DNA of 32,000 bases, taken from NCBI RefSeq assembly GCF_003131205.1, contig NZ_QFFY01000002.1:301016-333015 (forward strand), written 5' to 3'. Both the position numbers and the translations under genes were made by a program. The first letter of the stretch is position 1. Each line of letters starts with the position of its first letter. Origin of the DNA: Occallatibacter savannae. GTDB lineage: Bacteria; Acidobacteriota; Terriglobia; Terriglobales; Acidobacteriaceae. The notes beneath the pieces are model-generated. The model did no database searches and was not told the origin of the DNA. It worked only from the letters and a program-made list of their open reading frames with translations. Below, one piece after another: positions 1 through 8,212 of the stretch.

Positions 1-1
1 C

Positions 2-1144
2 ATCGCCGAAGCTCTCGCCGACGACCCAAAGAACCGCGCCGAGAACGTGATGATCGTCGACCTCATCCGCAACGACCTCGGCCGCATCTGCGCGTTCGGC
101 TCCGTGCACGTCGACTCGCTGTTCGAGGTCGCGCGCTACCCCTCGCTCTGGCAGATGACCTCATCCATCTCGGGCGCTCTGCGTCCGGATGTCAGCTTTG
201 AGCAAATCTTCCGCGCCCTCTTCCCATGCGGCTCCGTCACCGGCGCGCCGAAGGTCCACGCCATGCAGCTGCTCGCGCAAATCGAGCAGCAACCGCGCGG
301 CGTCTACACTGGCGCCATCGGCTGCTTCTCGCGCGAAGAATCCGTCTTCAACGTCGCCATCCGTACTCTGGAACTCGCAAACGGCACAGCGCATGGCGGA
401 ATCGGCAGCGGCATCGTCATCGACTCCGGGCCCGCCGCCGAATACAGCGAGTGCCGCCTCAAGGCCGAGTTTCTTACCCGCTCCGTCGAGCCCTTCGCGC
501 TCATCGAGACCATGCTTTGGAACGGCGGCTTCCCGTTTCTCGATCTGCACCTCGATCGCATCGCCGATAGCGCCCGCTACTTCGATTTCGTGTGCGATCT
601 CGACGCGATCCGCACAACTCTCCTCATTGAGGCCTCCGCATTTCCGGGCGCTCAGCCGCGCAAAGTACGGCTCCTGCTCCACGCCAACGGCGAGTTCAAC
701 ATCGAGAATGGAGTCCTGCCCGATGTCGCCGCCAATGAAGCACCGCCTCGTATCTGCATCGCAGCGCATCGGACCGACCCCGCCGACCATTTCCTGTTTC
801 ACAAGACGACGCGTCGCGATCTCTACAACCGCGCGCACGCTGCCGCCTGTTCCGCAGGCTTTGCAGACGCGCTCTTTCTCAACATCCGCGAAGAGATCAC
901 CGAAGGCGCAGTCCACAACATCGTCATCGAGAAGGCTGGCCGCTGGTACACGCCCCCGCTCGACTGCGGTGTTCTGCCCGGCGTCTACCGCCGCCATCTC
1001 CTCGCAACCCGCACCAGCATCGAAGAGAAGATCCTGACCCTCGACGACGTGAAGGCCGCCGACAGCGTCTACATCTGCAACGCCGTCCGCGGCCTCCGCC
1101 GTGTCACCATCGATTGGAATGCCGGCCTCCACTTAACAAACTGA
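2..1144 (+). CDS. pabB: Aminodeoxychorismate synthase component I (C-terminal chorismate-binding part) fused to a class IV aminotransferase/ADC-lyase-like domain; 5' end cut by the window edge
   Basis: The frame is open from nt 2. Chorismate-utilising enzyme motifs are present: AENVMIVDLIRNDLGR, FPCGSVTGAPK, RGVYTGAIG, GGIGSGIVIDS. The C-terminal ~210 aa (FALIETMLW...VYICNAVRGLRRV) looks like a fold-type IV PLP enzyme. Stop is TGA at 1142-1144. Confidence 0.8.
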   Translation: MAEALADDPKNRAENVMIVDLIRNDLGRICAFGSVHVDSLFEVARYPSLWQMTSSISGALRPDVSFEQIFRALFPCGSVTGAPKVHAMQLLAQIEQQPRGVYTGAIGCFSREESVFNVAIRTLELANGTAHGGIGSGIVIDSGPAAEYSECRLKAEFLTRSVEPFALIETMLWNGGFPFLDLHLDRIADSARYFDFVCDLDAIRTTLLIEASAFPGAQPRKVRLLLHANGEFNIENGVLPDVAANEAPPRICIAAHRTDPADHFLFHKTTRRDLYNRAHAAACSAGFADALFLNIREEITEGAVHNIVIEKAGRWYTPPLDCGVLPGVYRRHLLATRTSIEEKILTLDDVKAADSVYICNAVRGLRRVTIDWNAGLHLTN

Positions 1145-1165
1145 AGACTGGCAACTGGCAACTGC
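1138..1165. repeat. 7-nt tandem tract, 4 units (AAACTGA AGACTGG CAACTGG CAACTGC)
   Basis: ACTG recurs at 1140, 1147, 1154 and 1161. The first unit contains the pabB stop TGA (1142-1144). The tract fills the gap between convergent genes. Confidence 0.8.
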
Positions 1166-1167
1166 TT

Positions 1168-2262
1168 CTAAAACGTTCTCGAAATCCCCGTAATCACCGT
1201 GTAGTCCGCGAACGCGGCATCCCCATGTGCGTGGTTACGGATATCCGTCACGCTGATCTTCCGGTTCCGCTCCATCGCCCACGGTCCGCTTGCGTAGAAT
1301 CCCCAGCGCCCATGGCTGTACATCATGCCCGGTTCGATCGAGATCACGTATCCCGGACGACGGAATCCATTGCTTGACCCAAACGCATCGCGCACCGGTA
1401 CGCCTTCCATGCGCCCGCCGAAGCTGAGTGCCATGCCGCGCAGAGCCTTCACGCCGGTCACCGGCCGCGAAAATCCACCGCGCCACAGATACTGGTCGGT
1501 TGCCGAGATTACGTTCTCTCCCGGAGCCGAACGCGCCTGTGCCACCCCCGTCGTATCCTGCGGGCTGAAAAGCCACGACCCCGTGAAGTACCCCGACGTC
1601 CGCCAGTGGAGCTCCTTGTAAGCCTCGGTCGCCAGCGAGAAACCCCACGTTCCATCGCCCGGCTGGATCGACTCATCGAACGGCTGTATAGAGGTCACAC
1701 CGCTTTTCGAAACCGTCCGGCCCTTGGCATCGTTGATCCCCGTCGGCAGCTTCAACTGTGCCGACAACGCAACGTTCCCATGGCTCTCTGTCGGCGGACG
1801 CCACACCCACGCCTGCGCCCCAACCGTCACGTCGCCGATTCCACCCGAGCGATAGAAGTTGGTCGCACTCGCCTGTCCGTGACGCGTCGCCTCCATCGCC
1901 GGAATCGTCGCAATCACGCTCCACCGCGGCGTCAGCTGATAATTCAAATCCAGCTCAAACAGGTTCACATGATTCACCACCGCATTGTGCAGAGCCTGCC
2001 GCTGCGCCTGGTAATCCGTTCCGACGTAGTGCCGGTACGAGTTATACACGCGATAGCCCGTTGAGACCGTCAGGCCATGCAGGAAGTTCGTGCCTGCGGA
2101 GTGCGCGATCGTCGCTTGATTCGTCGGATCCAGTCCCGAAATCACCGGCTGTGGCGAGTGTGCGGCCACGCAGCCTTGCGCCTTCGCGGCGGATTGCATG
2201 CATAGAAATGAGATTGACAGAGACGCGGCTGAAACCGCGCTCCGAACCAGGAGCTTTTTCAT
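1168..2262 (-). CDS. Outer-membrane beta-barrel protein (transporter / MetA-pathway-like porin family)
   Basis: Signal peptide MKKLLVRSAVSAASLSISFLCMQSAAKAQG, amphipathic beta-strand pattern, aromatic C-terminus (..ISRTF), GGAG 8 nt upstream of the ATG. The family name is from memory of similar barrels. Confidence 0.7.
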   Translation of the reverse strand: MKKLLVRSAVSAASLSISFLCMQSAAKAQGCVAAHSPQPVISGLDPTNQATIAHSAGTNFLHGLTVSTGYRVYNSYRHYVGTDYQAQRQALHNAVVNHVNLFELDLNYQLTPRWSVIATIPAMEATRHGQASATNFYRSGGIGDVTVGAQAWVWRPPTESHGNVALSAQLKLPTGINDAKGRTVSKSGVTSIQPFDESIQPGDGTWGFSLATEAYKELHWRTSGYFTGSWLFSPQDTTGVAQARSAPGENVISATDQYLWRGGFSRPVTGVKALRGMALSFGGRMEGVPVRDAFGSSNGFRRPGYVISIEPGMMYSHGRWGFYASGPWAMERNRKISVTDIRNHAHGDAAFADYTVITGISRTF

Positions 2263-2475
2263 CTTTTTGTCTCCAATTCAGGAAGGAAGAACTGACCTCA
2301 AAATTCCCAACTGGCGAAATGCAGGTCGGGAAAGCCTGCATTCTGATCAACCAAAGTTGATCCACACGAAAGTACCAGCCTATCCGTCCATCACGCGTCG
2401 CCCATCTTGTCGAAGCTCCTCTCCTCCTTTTGGCGGAGTCGTCATCCTCGCATCAGCCGCTATCGTCGAAAAAGG

Positions 2476-3009
2476 ATGCCGCCTTCCCCTCGCAGTCTCC
2501 TCTCTGCGCTGCTCGTGTGCTTTGCTCTTGTCGCTCCATTCGCTCATGCGAAGCGTCTCCCCGACCCCACGTTCAAGACGCTCGACGGCCAATCCCGCAA
2601 ACTCTCCACACTCCGCGGCCAGATCGTTGTCGTGAACTTCTGGGCAACGTGGTGCGGTCCGTGTCAGGAAGAACTCCCCCGCCTCAATCAGATCGCAGGA
2701 TCGTACTCCGGCAAGCCCGTCACCTTCGTCTTCATCTCCATTGACGACCCGAAAGACCGTTCGAAAATTCCCACGACTCTCTCCAAACTCCACGTCGACT
2801 TCACCACCTGGGTCAACGCCGATACCGATACTCTCTCGAGCTTCGGCCTCGGCAACATCGTTCCCGGCACCATCGTCCTCGACGAAACCGGCCAGCCCGT
2901 CGCGCGTGTCATGGGCGAGGCGAAAGAAGAGGACGTCCGCAAACCGGTCGACTGGCTCCTCGCCGGACGCAAAGGCGATCCGCCCCCGCCGCTCACCAAA
3001 CGTCTGTAA
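2476..3009 (+). CDS. TlpA/redoxin-family thiol:disulfide oxidoreductase, secreted
   Basis: Thioredoxin motif VVNFWATWCGPCQEELP. The ATG at 2476 gives signal peptide MPPSPRSLLSALLVCFALVAPFAHA. The ORF track's 2407 start is a TTG that adds an Arg-rich leader, which is less likely. Confidence 0.8.
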   Translation: MPPSPRSLLSALLVCFALVAPFAHAKRLPDPTFKTLDGQSRKLSTLRGQIVVVNFWATWCGPCQEELPRLNQIAGSYSGKPVTFVFISIDDPKDRSKIPTTLSKLHVDFTTWVNADTDTLSSFGLGNIVPGTIVLDETGQPVARVMGEAKEEDVRKPVDWLLAGRKGDPPPPLTKRL

Positions 3010-3056
3010 CTCCGGCCGAAATATTTCAATCTCAGACTGCGGCATAGAATGGGGCG

Positions 3057-5696
3057 GTGAGACTCCGCCGCTCCTTGAAAGCCATCCCGCTTCTCGCGAT
3101 TCTGTTCTCCGCCCTGCTTCCTCTCCCTGCCCAGACCGCTGATCAAGCTTGGCTGAATTATCAGAAGATGAACGGCTGGACCCTCTTTCCTCGGAACATC
3201 AGGACGCTTGGAAGCGGCGCCATTGAGCAATCCGCAATGCGAGAGCTGAACCGGGGCCTCGGCAATCTTGCAGGCGAATCAGCTGCTGGCTTATCCGCCC
3301 GGGCACTAGAATCGGTTTCAGGAGAGACGATCCTCGGCACCGCCGAAGAGTTCCGCAAGCTGCGACCAGACGTGCGGATACCATCTGATCTCGCACCGGG
3401 TGCGTTCTGGTTCAGCCGCAAAGACTCGAATGGCAAGCACCGCCTGCTCATCGTCGGCGGAGATGAACGCGGCGTACTCTACGGCACATTCAACCTTCTG
3501 CGTCCGCGCGATGACAAGGGCTTTCCACTCGAAGTTCGTGAGTCTCCCGCCATGCCCATCCGCTGGGTCGACGAGTGGGACAACATCGACGGCTCCATCG
3601 AACGCGGCTACGCCGGCCGCAGCATCTTCTTCGACGCAGGCCACGTCCGCCCCGACCTCACTCCCGCCACCGAATACGCCCGCCTCCTCGCCTCCATCGG
3701 CATCAACGGATGCAATCTCAACAACGTTAACAACGCGTCCGCCTTCTTCACGCCCGCGATGTTCAAGCAGGTCGCCCGCATCGCAGATGCAATGCGTCCC
3801 TACGGTGTGCGCGTCTCTCTCTCCGCCGATATTGCCAGCCCGCAGAAGATCGGCGGCCTCTCCACCTTCGATCCCCTCGATCCCACAGTCCAAAAATGGT
3901 GGTCCGACAAGGTCAGCGAGATCTACCGTCTCATCCCCGACTTCGGCGGCTTCACCGTCAAAGCCGACTCCGAAGGCCAGCCCGGCCCCGCCAGTTACGG
4001 CCGCTCTCCTGCCGACGCCGCGAACGTGCTCGCCGCTCTCCTCGCCCCCCACAACGGGGTCGTCCTCTACCGCGCATTCGTCTACAACCACCACCTCGAC
4101 TGGAACGACCCTAAAGCCGACCGCGCCCGCGCCGCATACGACATCTTTCATCCGCTCGACGGCAAGTTCGCACCCAACGTCATCATCCAGACCAAAGAAG
4201 GCCCCATCGACTTCCAGGTCCGCGAGCCCGTCTCCCCGCTCTTCGGCGGAATCCCGCACACCAACCAGGCCATGGAACTTCAGATCACGCAGGAGTACCT
4301 CGGCCAGCAACGCCACCTCGTCTACATCGCGCCCATGTGGAAGGAAGTCCTCGACTTCGACATGCGCGTAAACGGCGCATCGACTCCCGTAAAGCAGATC
4401 ATCTCCGGCCAATCTTTTCACCGCCCACTTGGTGGAATCGTTGGCGTCGCCTGCGTCGGCCAGAACAACTGGCTTGGCTCACCGCTCGCTCTCGCCAACC
4501 TCTATGCCTTCGGCCGTCTCGCCTGGAATCCCGACCTCAACCCCGAAGACATTGCCGCCGAGTGGACCCGCCAGACCATCTCCTCCGACGCCGCCGTCGT
4601 CCACACGGTCGTCAACATGCTCATGAAATCGTGGCCGGCCTACGAGAACTACACCGGCCCCCTCGGCCTGCAGACTCTCACCGACATCACCGGCAGCCAC
4701 TACGGCCCGAACGTCGAAGCCAGCGAACGCAACGGCTGGGGCCAATGGCACAAGGCCGACCACAACGGCGTCGGCTTCGATCGCACCGCCGCCACCGGCA
4801 CCGGCTTTGTCGGCCAGTACCCACCCGAAGTCGCAAAGATCTACGAGTCCGAAGCCACCACTCCCGACAACCTCCTCCTCTTCTTCCACCACGTCCCCTA
4901 CACGTACAAACTCGACCAGCCCGGATTTGGCGGCAAAACCGTCATCCAGTACCTCTACGACTCCCACAACGACGGCGCCGCCCAAGCCGCACAGTTCGTC
5001 ACAGATTGGCAGTCGATCCAAAGCAAACTCGATCCCGCTCTCTTCGCCGACGTTCTCCCCCGGCTCGAATACCAGGCCGGCCACGCCATCGTCTGGCGCG
5101 ACGCCGTCACACAATACTTCCTTAAACTCAGCGGCATCCCCGACGCACAAGGCCGCGCCGGCCGCTACCCCAACCGCCTCGAAGCCGAAGACGCCAGCCT
5201 CACCGGCTACACGGTCATCGACGTGAACCCATGGGAAGACGCCAGCCACGGCAAAGCCGTCTCCTGCGGAGAGTCCGCGAGAAAACCTGCCCCGGGCGGA
5301 GATCCCGCACCAAACTCTGCTTTGAAAGGGCACGACCTCAGTCGCGCCGGAACAGCGCCCAAAGAAAGTGGTGCCTCAGCCCCTGCAGCAACTCACTGCT
5401 CCGCCACCTTCACCTACACCGGCCAGCCCGGCGCCTTCAACCTCGCGGTCCAGTACTTCGACCTGCCCGGCGGCTCGGCGCAATTCACTCTCTCCATCAA
5501 CGACCGCCAGACCGACACCTGGTCCGCCAGCGACCACCTTCCCTCGCAGCGCCCCAACGGCGACAACTCCACCCGCCGCATCGTGCGCAACCTCACTCTC
5601 AAACCCGGCGACACCATCCGCGTCAACGCCACCCCCGACAACTCCGACCCCGCCGCCCTCGACTACATCGAACTCCTCCCACAGCCTGCGAACTGA
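3057..5696 (+). CDS. aguA: GH67 alpha-glucuronidase with C-terminal CBM6/35-like carbohydrate-binding module
   Basis: GTG start and signal peptide MRLRRSLKAIPLLAILFSALLPLPAQT. GH67 hallmarks are present: WLNY N-terminal motif, WDNIDGSIERGYAGRSIFF, GINGCNLNNVNN. The C-terminal ~170 aa (LEAEDASLTGYTVIDV...LDYIELL) is CBM-like. Confidence 0.88.
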   Translation: MRLRRSLKAIPLLAILFSALLPLPAQTADQAWLNYQKMNGWTLFPRNIRTLGSGAIEQSAMRELNRGLGNLAGESAAGLSARALESVSGETILGTAEEFRKLRPDVRIPSDLAPGAFWFSRKDSNGKHRLLIVGGDERGVLYGTFNLLRPRDDKGFPLEVRESPAMPIRWVDEWDNIDGSIERGYAGRSIFFDAGHVRPDLTPATEYARLLASIGINGCNLNNVNNASAFFTPAMFKQVARIADAMRPYGVRVSLSADIASPQKIGGLSTFDPLDPTVQKWWSDKVSEIYRLIPDFGGFTVKADSEGQPGPASYGRSPADAANVLAALLAPHNGVVLYRAFVYNHHLDWNDPKADRARAAYDIFHPLDGKFAPNVIIQTKEGPIDFQVREPVSPLFGGIPHTNQAMELQITQEYLGQQRHLVYIAPMWKEVLDFDMRVNGASTPVKQIISGQSFHRPLGGIVGVACVGQNNWLGSPLALANLYAFGRLAWNPDLNPEDIAAEWTRQTISSDAAVVHTVVNMLMKSWPAYENYTGPLGLQTLTDITGSHYGPNVEASERNGWGQWHKADHNGVGFDRTAATGTGFVGQYPPEVAKIYESEATTPDNLLLFFHHVPYTYKLDQPGFGGKTVIQYLYDSHNDGAAQAAQFVTDWQSIQSKLDPALFADVLPRLEYQAGHAIVWRDAVTQYFLKLSGIPDAQGRAGRYPNRLEAEDASLTGYTVIDVNPWEDASHGKAVSCGESARKPAPGGDPAPNSALKGHDLSRAGTAPKESGASAPAATHCSATFTYTGQPGAFNLAVQYFDLPGGSAQFTLSINDRQTDTWSASDHLPSQRPNGDNSTRRIVRNLTLKPGDTIRVNATPDNSDPAALDYIELLPQPAN
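5268..5396 (+). repeat. In-frame 43-codon palindrome-rich insertion inside the GH67 CBM (REP/MITE-like)
   Basis: The segment between Cys codons 5265-5267 and 5397-5399 encodes GESARKPAPGGDPAPNSALKGHDLSRAGTAPKESGASAPAATH. The DNA contains nested inverted repeats (GCGGA/TCCGC, GGCACGAC/GTCGCGCC, GGCAC/GTGCC, CTGC/GCAG). Confidence 0.5.
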
Positions 5697-5745
5697 GAAC
5701 GATGAACTTCGAACCGAAGACTGGTGACTGGTGACTGGCGACTCT
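5690..5745. repeat. 7-nt tandem tract, 8 units (GAACTGA GAACGAT GAACTTC GAACCGA AGACTGG TGACTGG TGACTGG CGACTCT)
   Basis: Exact 7-nt phasing read directly. The first unit contains the GH67 stop TGA (5694-5696). Confidence 0.85.
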
Positions 5746-5787
5746 CTTTGATTGACACCCGCGCCACTTCCCCTGTATTCCCACTCC

Positions 5788-6105
5788 ATGGTCCGCCTCA
5801 CCGTCCTCTATCCCGCTACTCCCATCTCTACCTTCGACTGGAATTACTACCTCTCGGAGCATCTGCTCATCGCGCGCCGCCTTCTCGGCGCCCGCGGACT
5901 CGTACGCATCGAAGTCGATCGCGGCATCGGCGCCTTCCCGCCCGGCACTCCCTCCCACTACCACGCAATCGGACACCTCTACTTCGAATCCATGGTTCAC
6001 CTCGATACCGCGCTCGCCGCCACCGCCTCCGACCTCATCGCCGACCAGCGCAAATACTACAGCGGCGACTCCGTCGTCCAGGTCAGCGAAGTCGTCCCCG
6101 TCTAG
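5788..6105 (+). CDS. EthD-family protein (dimeric alpha/beta-barrel)
   Basis: MVRLTVLYPATPISTFDWNYYLSEHLLIARRLLG...VQVSEVV matches the EthD/TIGR02118-type pattern from memory. The ATG at 5788 is preferred over the upstream 5752 start. Confidence 0.7.
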   Translation: MVRLTVLYPATPISTFDWNYYLSEHLLIARRLLGARGLVRIEVDRGIGAFPPGTPSHYHAIGHLYFESMVHLDTALAATASDLIADQRKYYSGDSVVQVSEVVPV

Positions 6106-6177
6106 TCGAGCTTTGTCACGCATGCACGTGATGCGCACCCCAACGCTTGCACGTCAGGTCAGCGTTATCATTCACGC

Positions 6178-7476
6178 GTGAGTTTCCGCACCGCAGTTCT
6201 GCTCACCGCCGTCGCTCTCGCAGTCAGCATCTCCTCAGCCCAATCCCCACCCGAACCCCCCGACCCCTCCATTCTCCTCCGCGACCTCACTGCCGACTTC
6301 GCCCGTCTTGCTCCCCAGACCATCCGCCCCGCCGACGGCTACATCCAGCATCCCTATCTCGTCCCCTCCGGCTACTACCCTCAAATGTGGGACTGGGACG
6401 GCTTCTTCATCGGCCTCCACTGGGCCAATCAAAATCAGGCCGACGCCGCGTACCTGCGCGACTGGGTGCTCAGCTTCGCCGGCTCCGCCGACAACGACGG
6501 CTACGTCGCCGGGTGCATCACGCCCAAAGGCCCGCGTCCGCTCTTCGGCAAATTCGCCATGAAGCCCTTCCTCGCTCAAGGGGCCCTCATCGCGTCGCGC
6601 GATCTCAAAAGCTACGAATGGCTCCGGCCTGTCTGGCCCGCGATGAAGCGCATTCTCGAATACCGCCGCCGCACGCAGTTCGATCCCAAATGGGGCCTCT
6701 GGTTCTGGGACAACGCCATGCAATCCGGCGCTGACAACAACCCGGCTCTCACCAACGACGAGCACGATCGCAGCGCCATCCTCGCCGTCGACGCCTCAGT
6801 CTGGGCCATGGGCGAATACCAGGCAATGGCAATCCTGGCTCAGCATCTGGATGACACCGTCGCCGCCCGCGTCTACACCACCGACGCGATAGCCACGCGC
6901 CAGGCGATCCGCCGTCATCTCTACGCGCCGCGCGACGCCATGTTCTGGAATCGCCGACGCGATACCGGTGAAGTCATTCGCGTCGTCGCCTGGTCCAACT
7001 TCCTGCCCCTGATCGACGGCCACCTCTCGCGCGGAGAAGCTCGCCGTATCATCGACCGCTATCTCCTCAACCCCGCCCAGATGCGCTCGCCCCACGGCTT
7101 TCGCAGTCTCTCCGCGTTCAACCGCGACTACAACAACGAGGCCATCATCAATCCCTACTCCAACTGGCGGGGCCCCATCTGGGTCAACGCCAACCTCCTC
7201 GACTGGATTGCCCTCCGCCGCTACGGCTACTCAACTGAAGCTCGCTGGCTCGCCGTTACTCTCGCTGACGACATCCATCGCGACATCCAGCGCTGGGGCT
7301 CCATGCACGAGAACTACAACGCCGAGACAGGCGATGGCCTCGCCCCCACTCCTGAGCAATCGCCCAACGGCAAGTTCGCCGGCTTCGTCGGCTGGAATCT
7401 CCTCGCCCAGGACATGCTCCAGTGCGAGTTCACCAACCAGCACTGCATCACCCTCTCGCTCGACACAGCTCCGTAG
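6178..7476 (+). CDS. Secreted (alpha/alpha)6-barrel glycoside hydrolase, GH63/GH37-like (MGH1-like/trehalase superfamily)
   Basis: GTG start and signal peptide MSFRTAVLLTAVALAVSISSAQS. Motifs QMWDWDGFF, WFWDNAMQSGADN, NWRGPIWVNANLL and GFVGWN are typical of six-hairpin glycosidases. Confidence 0.7.
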   Translation: MSFRTAVLLTAVALAVSISSAQSPPEPPDPSILLRDLTADFARLAPQTIRPADGYIQHPYLVPSGYYPQMWDWDGFFIGLHWANQNQADAAYLRDWVLSFAGSADNDGYVAGCITPKGPRPLFGKFAMKPFLAQGALIASRDLKSYEWLRPVWPAMKRILEYRRRTQFDPKWGLWFWDNAMQSGADNNPALTNDEHDRSAILAVDASVWAMGEYQAMAILAQHLDDTVAARVYTTDAIATRQAIRRHLYAPRDAMFWNRRRDTGEVIRVVAWSNFLPLIDGHLSRGEARRIIDRYLLNPAQMRSPHGFRSLSAFNRDYNNEAIINPYSNWRGPIWVNANLLDWIALRRYGYSTEARWLAVTLADDIHRDIQRWGSMHENYNAETGDGLAPTPEQSPNGKFAGFVGWNLLAQDMLQCEFTNQHCITLSLDTAP

Positions 7477-7552
7477 CAGATGTGTCGAGCGAAGTCGCGC
7501 CGCAGCCTTGGCGAAGGCGGATCCCTCGCACTGTGGACCGAAAATCAATACT

Positions 7553-7629
7553 CACTGATCACTGAAAACTGAAACCTGAAAACTGACAACTGAGAACTGA
7601 CAACTGAGAACTGACAACTGAGAACTATC
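7553..7629. repeat. 7-nt tandem tract, 10 units plus 1 degenerate unit (CACTGAT CACTGAA AACTGAA ACCTGAA then (AACTGAC AACTGAG)x3, AACTATC)
   Basis: Exact 7-nt phasing with a 14-nt super-period in the last six units. The last unit overlaps the TAG stop (7625-7627, minus strand) of the NTF2-like gene. Confidence 0.95.
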
Positions 7630-8095
7630 TCGCCCCATGCGGCTTCTCCCCCGACCACGTCCACGCGCGAATCTTCCACGCTCCATCCTCCTTATGAAGC
7701 ACCGCCGTGATCGATCCCTTCTCATCCATGGCCTTCCCGTGTTCCTTATAGAGATACTCGGTCGGCAGAATGACATAGGCAAAGTCGCCTTCGTGCTCGA
7801 TCCGCGTCGCAGTCCCATACTTCACCTGCCCATCCGAAACACCTGTCGCCTTGGCGTGCTTGTCATAATCGGCAGCCCAGTCTTGCGCAGCATGGGGTCC
7901 CGTCCAGCGGTGTGGAGCGAACTCGTCCACGATCGTGATCTCTCCTTTTGCATACGCCGCATACGCCGACGCAGTGTCGCCCTTGTTGAACCCATCGATA
8001 AACTGCCGCACCGGAGCGGCCACATCCTCCGTTGCCGCAAACGCAGCCGGAGCCCAAAGCACACCCGCCATCAAAGCAAGCACGATCTTTCTCAT
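7625..8095 (-). CDS. Secreted NTF2-like (SnoaL/DUF4440-type) protein
   Basis: Signal peptide MRKIVLALMAGVLWAPAAFAA, AGGAGG SD upstream, about 135-aa mature alpha+beta cone-like sequence ending ..DGAWKIRAWTW. Confidence 0.7.
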   Translation of the reverse strand: MRKIVLALMAGVLWAPAAFAATEDVAAPVRQFIDGFNKGDTASAYAAYAKGEITIVDEFAPHRWTGPHAAQDWAADYDKHAKATGVSDGQVKYGTATRIEHEGDFAYVILPTEYLYKEHGKAMDEKGSITAVLHKEDGAWKIRAWTWSGEKPHGAR

Positions 8096-8212
8096 TGCTT
8101 TTACCTCCTTCAGAAACCCAGGACTGTGAAATTTTTAGTCAGCCTCGCACCCTGCATTCACGCATGTCAATCACAACCTGGTTCGCCTCTCCTGCTGGGT
8201 GCGACCGGGATA

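Noticed and set aside
161-1132. Long antisense or alternate-frame ORFs overlapping confident genes, for example 161..1132(-), 3318..4421(-), 8304..9614(-), 9835..10692(-), 11047..12063(-), 13159..14655(+), 28144..29436(-), 20507..21190(-).
   Set aside because: These are typical high-GC shadow ORFs. They are Arg/Ala/Gly/Pro-rich with no recognisable motifs, and each is fully overlapped by a gene with clear family signatures on the other strand or frame.
2407-2475. Upstream alternative starts proposed by the ORF track: 2407 TTG, 5752, 15110 GTG, 22334 GTG, 24826, 26581 TTG, 27948, 31940.
   Set aside because: In each case a downstream ATG gives a proper signal peptide or a conserved N-terminus, a better SD spacing, or both.
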